From Hypanus sabinus (Eukaryota): a stretch of 64,000 nt of DNA. The notes under the pieces were generated by a model, which ran no database searches, was not told the DNA's origin, and saw nothing but the letters and a program-made list of their open reading frames with translations. Where the stretch lies: NCBI RefSeq assembly GCF_030144855.1, contig NC_082730.1:14446001-14510000 (forward strand), read 5' to 3'. The translations under genes and the position numbers were made by a program. The stretch's first letter is position 1; each line of letters opens with the position of its first letter. Below are positions 37,650-49,425 of the stretch, piece by piece.

Positions 37650-38385
37650 TTTACATTAAACTTTGTACATGATCACTATTAGAGTATGCCTGAGCTCTGG
37701 GGGCAATTGTTCTTTTTCACAGATCTTCAGGAGCAGGGCATACATGTTGTCCAGGAGTGCTGGTCCCCTTTCTTTGAAGATTTCTACTGGGATCGTATCA
37801 AGATGAATAGCTCCATTACTGTTCAGGCTTCTGATGACATCATGCACCTCTTTCACATTGGAAATCTCCCATGTCTTCTATCACAGCTCTCTGGAGGATT
37901 TTCTTTGTAATTTCTGGTTCAGCAGTGCTGTCATGGTTAAGAAGTTCTTGGAAGTGCTCTCTGATTGTTCATTGACATCCTGCTGATACTTTAGCAATTT
38001 CTTTCCCTCCTTTGAGTTCAGGAGTTTTAATCTGCAGTAACGTGGTCTGTAGACTTCTTTGACGGCAAACAAGACATTTCTCATGTCATTAGAGACTGAC
38101 AACCTCTGGATTTCCAGATCTTTCTCAGTCCACCAAGAATCCTTTCACTCCCTCACCTCGTGCTGGACATTTGCTTTGGCTCTGGAGAAAGCTTCCCCTT
38201 TATCCATGCTGCTGTTATCATTCTGCTTTGATGTCCTCTGGATATTCTTATCAGAGGTTTTCCGTAAATGAGGCCTGATAGTGCTGTTGCACGGCACTGG
38301 AGATTTAGTCTTGGCCTGGTCTATTTCTTATGAACCCTAGTCTTTTTTCATGACTCTGAAGGACATTGGAATTTTTCATGTGTCT
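37650..38385 (-). mobile_element. RTE-clade LINE, upstream ORF fragment
   Basis: ORFs 37656-37856 (IPVEIFKERGPALLDNMYALLLKICEKEQLPPEL) and 37881-38102. Confidence 0.7.
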
Positions 38386-41300
38386 GACGCTGGTTATTGT
38401 AGGAAAGGCAGATGAGCCCAGGGCATGGATCAGCACCTGGAATTATGATATTCCAGCCATTAGTGAGACTTGGTTTCAGGGGGGTAGGACTGGCGCTCGA
38501 TAATCTGGAGTTCCTTTGTTATAGACCCTTCAGAGTATTAAATGTGTGGTGTTACTTGTCAAGGAAAATGTCACAGCAGTCCTAAAAAGGTCCTAAGAAG
38601 AGACGGTGCGATACTTGATCTGCTGTAAGTGAATGATGTCGGGCAGGGGACAACAGGTTTTCTAGGGGATCACGTTGCATCTGGTGATAACACTGCCATT
38701 AGTTTCAGTGTAAGTATAAAAGATAGGTCTGGTATGCAAGTTGAGTTTCTAAATCTGTTGCAATGAATGAGGTGAACCCAAACAGAGGATACAAGGCCAG
38801 AAATTAAGTTAGGATGCAGACGAGGGCATGAGCATTGAACAGCAAACTGGAGGGTGTGCAGGAAAGCAGAAGGCAGGCAGAACTATCTTGACATGGAGTG
38901 TAGAAAGGAAAGCGGCAGTAAAAAAACCTTTCTTAGCATAGGGAGACGGAGTTACACAGTTAAACCTCAGTGCTGAAGTAAAACTTAGAATACTTACCTT
39001 GAGTTTCACAGGGAACCATTGGAACTGATGTAGAACTTGGAAAATTATCTTGACACGGAGAGACTGAGTTTCACAGGTAAATCTCGGTACTGAAGCAAAA
39101 CTTATAACACACAATACTAAGCGGCCGGGAAACATTAATTACCACACTGGCAAAACCAAACATCTGGCAACTAGTGGGTGCAAAGCCGAGGTTCTTATGC
39201 TGCAGGTCCAGAAGAAAACCAGGTGTGCCGCCGTCAGAGGGAATTAGGAGAAAATGGGAAATTAATGGTCGGGACCATGACAAAATCAGAGAAAAGCCAA
39301 TTTTGGTGGTATCAGAAAGGATCTAGCAAGAGTGAATTGGGGCATCATGTTTTCTGGGAAAGGTGATTTGGTAAGTGGGAGGCCTTCAAAAGTGAAATTT
39401 TTAGAGTACAAAGCTTGTCTGTGACTATTGGAATAAATGGAATAGATAACAGGTATTGGGAACCTTGGTTTTCAAGAGATATTGAGGCGCTGGTTAAGAA
39501 AAAGAAGGGATTTGCTTAGCAGGTAGGAAGTATAAGGAATGAAAGTGAATACTTAAGAAAGAAATCAGAAGGGCTAAATAAAGCTACGTGGTTATCTTAG
39601 CTGACAAGATGAAGGAGAATCCTAAGTGATTCTACAGATATGATAAGAGCAAAAGGATTGCAAGGGACAAAATTGGTCCTCTGGAAGATCAGAATGGTAA
39701 CCCATACATGGAGCCAGGTTAATGGGGGGATCTTAGATTCAGTTTTCATCTCAGTATTTACTCACAAGACACAAACAGAGCTTATAACATTCATGCAAAA
39801 TGGCATCAACTTCTTTGACTCTATACAGATTACAGAGGAGGAGGTGTTTGCTGACTTGAGGGAAGGTAGGGAGGACAAATCCCCAGGGTCTGAGAAGGTG
39901 TTTCATTGAACCCTGCAGGAGACAAATGCTGAAATTGCTGGGGCCCTAGCAAAAATAATTAAGTCATCCTTAATGACAGGTGGGGTCCCAGAGGATTGGA
40001 GGATAGCCAATGTTGTTACGATGTTTCTTTCCTCTCTTTTCTATAAGTGTATACCTCAGATAAATATTATGTGGAGATTTGTGGCACAGACAGTCCATGT
40101 TGGCAGGAACATCTCTGACTCCATCACACTGTGCACTGGATCCCCACAAGGCTGTGTGCTTAGCCCATTGCTGTTTACACTGCTAACACATGACTGTGCA
40201 GCCAGATTCAAGGAGAACCTGATCGTTAAATTTGCTGATGATACCACAGTGGTGGGACTCATCAGCAAAAATGATGAAACAATGTACAGGGAGGAGGTCA
40301 AACATCTAGAGAGCTGGTGCAGTGACAATAACTCGATCCTTAATGTCACCAAAACCAAGGAGATGATCGTCGATTTCAGACTGTCTCAGCCTGAGCACAC
40401 ACCCCTCAGCATCAGCGGCTCCACAGTGGAGATAGTGGAAAACATCAAGTTCCTTGGGGTGCAGATCTTGGACAATCTCACCTGGTCCAGAAACACCACT
40501 GGGATTGTGAAACGAGCCCAGTAGAGATTGCACTTTCTGACGAAGCTTAAACAAGCATCACTCCCCACTAACATCTTAACTACATTCTACAGAGGCTTGG
40601 TTGAGAGTGTGCTGACCTTTTGCATCATAACCTGGTACTCCAGCTGCAGTGCTGCTGACAAAAAAGCCTTGCAGAGGGTGGTTAGTGGAGCAGAGAAGTT
40701 TATTGGGGTCTCCCTACCTTCTGTCCAAGACCTCTTTCAGAGTTGATGCCTCCAGAAGACACGGTACATCATTAAAGACCCCTCACACCCTCTACATGAA
40801 CTGTTTGTTCTGCCATCAGGCAAACAATACAGGAGCATCAAAACAAAAACCACAAGGCTACTAAACAGCTTCCTCCCACAGGCAGTCAGACTGCTAAATA
40901 GCTGCTCCACCTGACTCTGCTTTGGACACTCTTAACTTGCACTGGACACTTATAACTTGTTTTTGACTGACATGTGGCTGTTTTGTTTTACTATTTATTG
41001 TTATGTTTATTATATAGTGTTGCATTTGTTATGTTCTGATTGCACTGCCCCTGGGAAACGCTGTTTCATTCTGCCCTGCAGAGCTGATGTACGGTTAGAA
41101 TGACTATAAAATTTTTCAATCTTGAATCTTGTCATTGGAGAGAGTCCATTCCTGAGAGTTTCCCAAGAATGATTCTGGAAATGAAGGGGTTAATATATGA
41201 GGAGCATTTTGCAGCCTTGGACCTGAACTCAATGGAACTTAAAACAATGCATGGGGATCTCATTGAAAACTACCGAATGTTGAAGGGCCTAGATAGGGTG

Positions 41301-44300
41301 GATGTGGAGAGGATGTTTCCTATGGTGGGGCTATCTACAACTCGAGGGCACTTCCTCAAAACTGAGTGTTGTCCTTTTAGAACAGAGGTAAGGAAGAATT
41401 CCTTTTGGCTAGAGAGTAGTGAATCTGTGGAATTTGCTGCCACGGACAGCTGTGGAGGCCAAGTCAGTAGGTATAGTTAAGGCAGATTTCGAGAGGTTCC
41501 TGATGGGTCAGGGCATCAAAGAATATGGCAAGAGGCAAGTTATAGGGTTGAGTGGGATCTGGAATGGCAAGGCAGCTTCAATGCGCTGAATGGTCTAATT
41601 CTGGTCCTATGTCTTATGGACTTATGGTGTTATCTCTTCCTCAGCAGAGTACCAAAACTGAACATAATACTACAGGTGTCATCTCACCAGTTCTCTTGTA
41701 CAAATGAAACATCGCATTCCAACATCTCTACTCTGACTGATGCATAAAGTCTTCTTCACTACCCTGTCTACCTCTGACTACACTTTCCAGGAAAATGGAC
41801 TGAATTCCAAGATCCCATTGTTCTTTAACACTTCCTCGGGCCCGACCGAGCTCTGTGAAAGTCTAACTTGATTTGATTTCAGAAATGGAAAACTCAGCCC
41901 ATATCTGAACTGCACTCCATAGCCCAAATGGCCAGCAGATCAAGTTCCTGTGTAGTTCTTCAAAATTCTGTTTACTGTCTGAAAAACTACCTGTCAGAGT
42001 GTCATCTGCAAATGACACATTTTTCATTGAAACTTTGGTCAACCCAACAGGTTGTTACATTCTGCTAATTGCTCTACCAGCAATCTGTGAGTCAGTGTAC
42101 ATCAGTGAATATCACAGCGAGGAGAAGCTGTATCTTGGGGTATGGCAAATACACAAGCGTAATTCATTTCAGAGTATGGGATGAGATTAATGATGGAGCG
42201 GTCATGGAGAATACAGCATGACAATCCTTTCAGTGTAGGAAATGAATCTAATATCCTAAAAATTTACATGATAAGAAGAAACTAGGCTTGCTCTCCTTGG
42301 AGCTTCTGGGGTTAAGAATGGATATGATTGAGGGGTGTAACATTATGAAATGTACAGTGTGGATCAACAACAAGGAACTTTCTCATTCTCAGAGATGACA
42401 TAGATTTAGAAGGGATTTGAATGAATTGTTTTTACTCAGAGACTGGTGGAAAAAGTGTTAAGTCAGTGCTTGTGAAGTGCAGAATGACATCTTCAGTCAC
42501 ATCTACATAGAAGGCTTTGGGCCATGTGTGGGAAGATAGGGTTTATATACAGTGCTGAGTAAATGTTTTCAGCACATGTAAAGTAATGCTGTAATATGAA
42601 GATGCTTTCAAAAACATTGAAATAAGAAGTTTCTAGATATCACAAAAATACGATAGAGAGGAAGAAATAGTAAAAAACTAAATAAATTCAATATTGGGTA
42701 TGATAACACTTTGCCTTTTAATAGGCATCAATTATCTTAGGTACACTGTTGAGAACTTGTATAATAAAGATGACTGGTAGTTTGTTCCAAGCATCATAGA
42801 TAACTTGCTACAGTTATTAATTGGCTTGCTGACATTGTATTTGCTTATAAGCACTTAATTTCACATTCTTTATAAATTGATAAATGATAAAATAATTACA
42901 CAGTGTACACAGAGAGGTCTTGTTACTTTGTTTTTTTTTACAGTTGTTTCAGGAGAAAACAGTTCAGTATATTGTCCGTTAAAGTATATCTGCTTAAATT
43001 CTGTGCATTGAATAGTATGAGTGCTGACTCTATTGCATCAGCCACTCCTGTCATCTGTGTAATGTTCTCCCTAAGCAAGGGCTGCAGTGAGAACTTCTGT
43101 CTTCTTTATTTATCTTACCAAACAATATATAGAGAAGTGCCAATGAAATAAATTGTTCTGGCCTATTTTTGCATTTCCCCATCTCTTCTTGGAAAACTTC
43201 TCAAAAACCATGGTTCAATATTCTGATGAGAACAAATGGTGAGATCCAAAACATCTTTAGCAAAACATCTTTGTTTCAGCAACTAGATCACTGACCAACA
43301 ATTTGGTGAAGAAAAGTGAAATGGCTATTTTAGCGTTGTGTTTATACCTAATACCAATCGTGTGCACATTTATAAATACAATGGTGGGATTGTAAAATGT
43401 TATACCACTCTGTTGCTGATAAGTTATCCAAGAACTGCAGCTTTATAGGTTATTGGTCAGACTGCACTTGGAATATGGTGAACAGTTTTGGGCCCTTTAT
43501 CTTCAAAAGGATGTCTTCGAATTGGAAAGGTGACCAAAGGAGGTTCCACAGGACGATCCAGCAACGAAAGGGTTAATGTACAAGGACCGTTTGATGGCTG
43601 TTGAACTGTTCTCAATGGAGTTTAGAATAATGGTGGTGGGGGGAGGGGTTCTCATTAAATCTCTTGTACTGTATAGTGAAGGACCAAGAACCTAGGTGGA
43701 GTGTATGTGGAGAGGATGTTTCCGATGGTGGGAGATTTCCTGACCAGAGGATGCTGATTCTTTGGATTTCATTGTCACAGAATGCTGTGGAGGACAAATC
43801 ATTGGATATATTTAAAGTGGGGTTTAATAGGGTTCTGATTAGTAAGTGTGTCAAAGACTATGGGGAAACTAGAGTTGAGGGGGATAATAAATCAGCCATT
43901 ATAGAATGAGGAGCTTGGGGTTCCTTAGTGACAGGTGAGGTCCCAGAGGATTGGAGGATAGCCAATGTTGTTACCATGTTTCTTTCCTCTCTTTTCTATA
44001 GGTGTATTCCTCAGATAAATATTATGTGGAGATTTGTGGCATATATGACTATATGATATATAAGTACAATTTCTAAAATACATCTCATGCAAATATTTGT
44101 TTGATGATGAACTTCAATAAAAAAATAAATTACAAAAGAATGGCTCTAAAAGTAATTCAAGAAATTATACTGTAGGTCAATGTTCTTGACATTAATAGTG
44201 GGAAGGTAATTAGAAGGTTTTCTAAAGGGCTGGAAATATGAGTATTTGGATAGACATGTACTGATTAGGTATAGTCAGCATGCCTTCATGAATGGTCAAT

Positions 44301-45555
44301 CATGTCTAACCTATATTATAGAGCTTAGCTAGGAAGTTACCAGGAAAGTTGATGATGGAAAGACAGTTGCTGTTCCCTATATGGATTTTAGCAAAGCATT
44401 TGACAAGATTCCACATGGGAAGTTCACCAAGAAGGTTCATTTGATCAGCATTCAAGATGAGATAGTAAATTGGATTGGACTTTGGCTTTGCATGAGAGGC
44501 CAGAGAGTGGTAGTTGATGGTTGCATCTCTGAGTGAAGGTTTGTGACTAGTGGAGTGGCACAGGCATCAGTGCTGGGTCATTGATGTTTGTCATTTATAT
44601 CAAAATCTGGATGACAGTGTGGTTACCTAAATCAGCAAATTCTCAGATGACACTGAGAATGGGAGTGTAGTGGACAGCGCTGAAGATGATCATGGCTTGC
44701 AGAAGTTTGTGAACCAAATGGAAACAAGGGCTGAAAAATGGCAGGTGGAATTTAATGCAGACAAGTGAGAGGTGTTGCACTTCAGTAGGACCAACAAGGA
44801 TAGGTCTTACATGGTGAAAGGTAGCGGATTGAGGAGTGCGGTGGAACAAAAGAATCTGGGATTAAAGGTCAATAATTCATTGAAATTGGCGTCACAGGTT
44901 GATAGGGTCATAAGAAAGTTTACAGCACATTGGCCATCATAAATTTTTAAAAAATCAAAATATCGAGTACGGGAGATGGGATGTTATGATGAAGTTGTAT
45001 AAGAAATGGATAAGGACTAAGTTGGAGCATTGTATGCAGCTTTGGTCACTTACGACCAGGATGGGTGTAAGCAGGGCTAAAAGAGTACAGAGAAAATGTA
45101 CACAGATGTGGCCAGATCAGGAGGTCCTGAGTTATTTGGAAAGACTGAATAGGTTACGATTTGTTTTTGGAATGTAGAAGATTGAGAGGAGATCTGATAG
45201 AGGTATACAAAATTATTAATGATAAAGATAGGGTAAATGTAAGCAGGCTTTTTCCACTGAGCTTGGGTGGGGCTACAACTAGATATCATGGGTTAAGGAT
45301 GAAGCATGAAAGGTTTAAGGTTAACATTTGGTGAAACCTGTTCACTCAGACGGTCGTGTCAGTGCAGAACGAGCTGCAGAGCAAGTGTGCAAGCCAGCTT
45401 AATTTCATTTTTTTTCAAAAGTTTTGGATTCATGGATGGTTGGGATATGGAGCACGATGGTGCTGGTGCAAGTAGATGGAAGCAGGCAATTTAAATGCAT
45501 TGGCATGGGCTAGATGGGCTGAAGGGGCTGTGTGTTATGTGCTGGATTTTTCTAT
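38385..45555 (+). mobile_element. One degraded CR1 LINE split by three inserts: ~600 bp of unknown sequence (38760-39360), a 3.95-kb complex insert (40087-43921) and an L1 3' end (43975-44135)
   Basis: EN text at 38385-38760, linker up to VPEDWRIANVV (40020), RT resuming at ~44136 (KNGSK..NY..), [11 protein letters not shown] at ~44385, 3' end at ~45555. Confidence 0.75.
40087..41130 (+). mobile_element. Rex1/Babar-clade LINE, 5'-truncated, RT to tail
   Basis: TGSPQGCVLSPLLFTLLTHDC...KFADDTTVVGLISKNDETMYREEV...LNVTKTKEMIVDFR; in-frame TAG at 40522; tail tcaatcttgaatcttg. Confidence 0.92.
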
Positions 45556-45863
45556 GAATATGACATGGAGGACAGATCTGTCTACAATCTGTCCAACTGT
45601 CACCTTTGCCAATCATGACCTTTCTCATGGCAGTCCCTAGCTCGGACAATGACATATCAATGAGATACCACGGTGCAGATCAGGCAAGATGCCAAGATGC
45701 CATGAATTTGTTTTTCTGGTGGAAGAGAGTACTCATGATGGTAAAATTGAACTCAGCACATGTGGTGAGTAGTTGTACATTTGATATTATTCAGTACCCA
45801 GCATAACTTTGCATTGGTCGTTGTCAACAAGACAACAATTGTGTACAGTGACAGCAATTGTGC

Positions 45864-45906
45864 TCAAATTGAATGACATTGTGGTATTCTCTGTGTAATA
45901 ACATCC
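45864..45906 (-). CDS. Receptor gene 2, candidate last coding exon: (P)DVITQRIPQCHSI*
   Basis: Acceptor ttttccttatgtatttag|G; phase 2 fits the 20-nt exon; chosen by splice and phase fit only. Confidence 0.4.
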
Positions 45907-46329
45907 CTAAATACATAAGGAAAATATGTGTCTATCTGAAATGAAATCTGCCAATGATAGAAATACTCCGCAGGTCAGCAGCAACTATACAAGGAAAACA
46001 ACAAAGCTAATAATTCAGGTCAACGAGTTTCAATAAAATCATTCCATTGGGATGTCTTGATCTGATTATTTGATGCCTTCTCCAAAAAATGTCCAGCCAT
46101 TGACACCTTTAGGATAATCTAATACATTGAATTCAGGAATGAAGTCATATTCTAAACAGAATGAATGGATGGATTTTTTTTTTGAAAACAGAACCTTATG
46201 AAGAAGCATTAATATGTTTATAACTGTTTATTGAACTAACCATCAGTGAAGACAATAATTTTAATCTAATAGAACAGATTTTAACATGAAAAAGGATCTA
46301 CTGCTTTCCTGACGTATATGACGAATAAA

Positions 46330-46500
46330 CTTTTCTCGGGCTTCAAGTGCGTACAGGTATAGATTATAACCAACGTTTCTGTGACAAACTCTGCCATCTT
46401 TTTCAGGGATGATGAAGAAGATCCCGGAAGAAGATGGCACAGTTTATCATAGAAATGTTGGTTATAATCAATACCTGTACCTGGATGGAAGCCCAAAAAG
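46330..46500. repeat. Long imperfect inverted repeat (~80-bp arms, 10-nt loop), probably a Penelope-type non-autonomous element
   Basis: 46330-46410 is close to the reverse complement of 46421-46500 (gtacaggtat.gattataaccaac.tttct.tga.aaact.tgccatctt). Confidence 0.8.
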
Positions 46501-47109
46501 AGATGTTAACATGGTAAAAGAATTCTGAGCAGTTCATGATCATAAAAACTTTAAAAATTCATAGTAGGATTCTGCAGGAAATCTAGAAAAGATGGCATAA
46601 TATTAAGATCAGTGTGAGTGAAGAGTGGATTTCTATTAAACAAAGCAAGTATCTTAAAGCATGACAAGATTATTTTGTTTTATTTCACCTTCATTAAGTC
46701 AATGTTTTATTTATGAGAGATTTATTCCACAAAGCTTGAACAGTGACACTTAATCTTGCTCGAAAACTCCCCCACAGTCAGTGTAGTCTGGGAACATTCA
46801 CTTTATCTCATGGACTAGGCTGTGAGGATCTGATTGATCATGTCTCTGTAAAAGCAAAAGTGAAATTATTAGATTGATTGCCACCATGAACTATGCAATA
46901 CTGTGTGATGCTGTGTGCCTGTGATGTTGCATTCAGGTGATGTGTATGCAACAGCTTGTGCATTGGGAATAAAATGAACATTGACTTTGATTACATTTTG
47001 TGCGTACACCATGCAACAGAATTCTATGTGAAGCACAGTGTCCAATATATTTTCTTGTCAAGTACTGGACTTGATTCGTCACATGGAGAGTGTGTGAAAA
47101 CCTACTTAC

Positions 47110-47129
47110 GGCATTTCATCTTTATGCAA
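47110..47129 (-). CDS. Receptor gene 2, candidate 20-nt cytoplasmic exon: LHKDEM(P)
   Basis: Acceptor cttttaatcttttgtcaaactaaag|, strong donor CC|gtaagt; phase 0 to 2 continues the TM exon. Confidence 0.45.
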
Positions 47130-47653
47130 CTTTAGTTTGACAAAAGATTAAAAGTTCATATGTGAATGCTTTTTTTTTCTTTAAATGATTGGCATATTTG
47201 AATGAATTTGGAATGAAATTGGATGAGAGGTAACTTGATAGATATGTACAAGATGATAAGAGGCAAAAAAATGAATCCACTGCCAGAGACATTTTCCAAG
47301 GGCAGAAATGTTTAACACAAGGGGACATAATTCAAGGTGATTGGAGAAATCCATTGAAGGAATGTCAGAGGCAAGTTTTTCTTATATAGACAGCTGTGAA
47401 TGTATGGTACCTACTACCAGGGTTGGTGGTGGAGGCAGATACATCAGCGACATTTAAGAAACTCTGACAAAGATGCATGGATCACAGAAAAGTTGAAGGA
47501 TTTAAAGGAGAGAAAGGTTAGATTGAACCTAGAATTGGTTAAGAGATCAGTGCAACTTGGTGGGTCAAAGGGCATGTACTGTGCTGTAATGTTCAATGTT
47601 TTACGTTCCAATTCATGGAAACCATTTGGAAGCATCTACTGACCTGGACTTAC

Positions 47654-47744
47654 CTTTTTGTCTCTCGTGAACCATGTGACAGCGATAGTCCAGATCCCCA
47701 GCAGAGCAAAGAACAGCCAGCGTCCCACTTTCCATATCACGTAA
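47654..47744 (-). CDS. Receptor gene 2, transmembrane exon containing Arg: (I)YVIWKVGRWLFFALLGIWTIAVTWFTRDKK
   Basis: Acceptor tctcttcccctttgttcag|T, donor AAG|gtaagt, 91 nt, phase 2 to 0; hydrophobic segment followed by a basic stop-transfer stretch. Confidence 0.88.
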
Positions 47745-48199
47745 CTGAACAAAGGGGAAGAGATACAGAATCAGTGGCAGGAGAGGAGACACCTTGGTAT
47801 TTGAAATATTTACCTCCTGGTTCCTCTGTGAAATGAGTGAAGTGGAGCAATAAGAGCAGCAAGGCCAGGATAGTTCAGCTGGGAGATTAATCTCATGCTG
47901 GACTAAGGGAGGAAAGATAACCTATGACCATCATTTGGAAACATAATTGCTGAAACATGACTGCAGATATGTCGCAACAGTAGATTTGGAGATAGATTTA
48001 GCAATGGCAAGAAAGGAAATAATGAGGTTGGGCAACGATGAGTCTGGGGTTAATCTAATGACATTGAAATGGTCCATAGTGGTTAACACAATAATTTACA
48101 ATAGTGAGTATTGTGAGAAAATCCACGCATTACATGAGGAGGACATATGGACTCCTTAGAGAAAACAATAAAATTGAACTCTGACGCCCCAGGCTGTTC

Positions 48200-48365
48200 T
48201 CCCTTGATGCTCCAGTCTCCTTCCAGAGTCCATAAACGTATCTGTTAGTTGGTTAGTTGCTTGTTGTAAATTATCCTGTGATTAGGCTAGGGTTAAATTG
48301 GGGGTTGCTAGGCAGTTTGTGTTGAAGGGCCGGAAGGGCCTATTCCATGTTGTATCTCAGTAAAT
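48200..48365 (+). mobile_element. HE1-like SINE 3' part
   Basis: 'gttgtaaattatcctgtgattaggctaggg...gaagggccggaagggcctattccatgttgtatctc'. Confidence 0.65.
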
Positions 48366-48496
48366 GGAATAAATTAAAAAGTACAGTGGTAGATGTGGTC
48401 ATGGAGGAATCAAAATCAACAATGTACATGGGGCTCACTCATAACACAATGGTTAAAGAGCCCATGAAAGAAATTTGAAAATTTGAGCAGTTAGAG

Positions 48497-48577
48497 CAGG
48501 GGTTCCAACTTTTTTTTTATATGAGGGTCCAACACCATTAAGCAAAGAGTCCATGGACCCCAAATTGGGGACCCCTG
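48497..48577. mobile_element. 81-bp hAT (Charlie/Buster-type) MITE
   Basis: TIRs CAGGGGTTCCAA / TTGGGGACCCCTG; flanking 8-mers agtTAgag / ataTAgag form a degenerate nnnTAnnn target-site duplication. Confidence 0.7.
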
Positions 48578-49346
48578 ATATAGAGGGTAAATCAACCAAA
48601 ACATGTGGGAAAAGTAAGATGAAATGAGCAAAGTGTACTTTATGATGATAATAGAGAAGGAAACAAATAAGAAGAAAACCAAATATGTCAGGGAAAAACA
48701 GATAGAAGACAGAACAGTACAGCAAAGTACAGGTGTACCAGGATCAATATAAGACTGCAAAACTTACATGTTCAAACAGAGTGTAGGAGACAGCAAAGTG
48801 TGCAAATACAAAAATAAAGAAACAATAATAACTAAATAAAAAATAAATACTGAGAACATGAGATGAAGCGTACTTGAAAGTGAGAATATTGGTTGTGGAA
48901 AAAATCCAAGGAGAAAAGGTGCAGGCTATTCAATCTACTTATGTTTCCTATCATCTTGTACACCTCTATCAAGTCCCCTCTTATTCTCCTTCCATCTAAA
49001 GAGGAACTATATAGCTCACTCAGACTATCCTCATAAAATATATTGTCTGTATCAGGAAGCATCCTGGTAAATCTCTTCTCAAACTACTACATCCTACGAT
49101 AATGAGGCAAACAGAACTTATGCTTAAGTTATTAAATGTTTAGGGTAAGAAGATTATCTTTGATCTCAGGTTTGGCACCTATATTAGAAAATCAGGAATA
49201 CTCAGTTTCCACTACATGATTACATTGAAGTTGATCATGTCAAATGTGTTTAACATCAGTTAAAGAGAAACAAATTTCTCTCCCAACTGACTCTATTTGG
49301 AAGCAGTAGCAGTGAAACCACATGTAGAGAGAACCTCATACTTTAC

Positions 49347-49425
49347 ATTTTATCAGATGAAGATTCTTCGCTTTGTTCAGTTGTCATCGATTCTTTTACG
49401 GTTTTTTCACAGATATAAATTGGCC
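49347..49425 (-). CDS. Receptor gene 2, stalk exon: GPIYICEKTVKESMTTEQSEESSSDK(I)
   Basis: Acceptor ttattttcttttcttttaacag|GG, donor AT|gtaaag, 79 nt; phase 1 to 2 bridges C2b and TM exactly. Confidence 0.85.
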
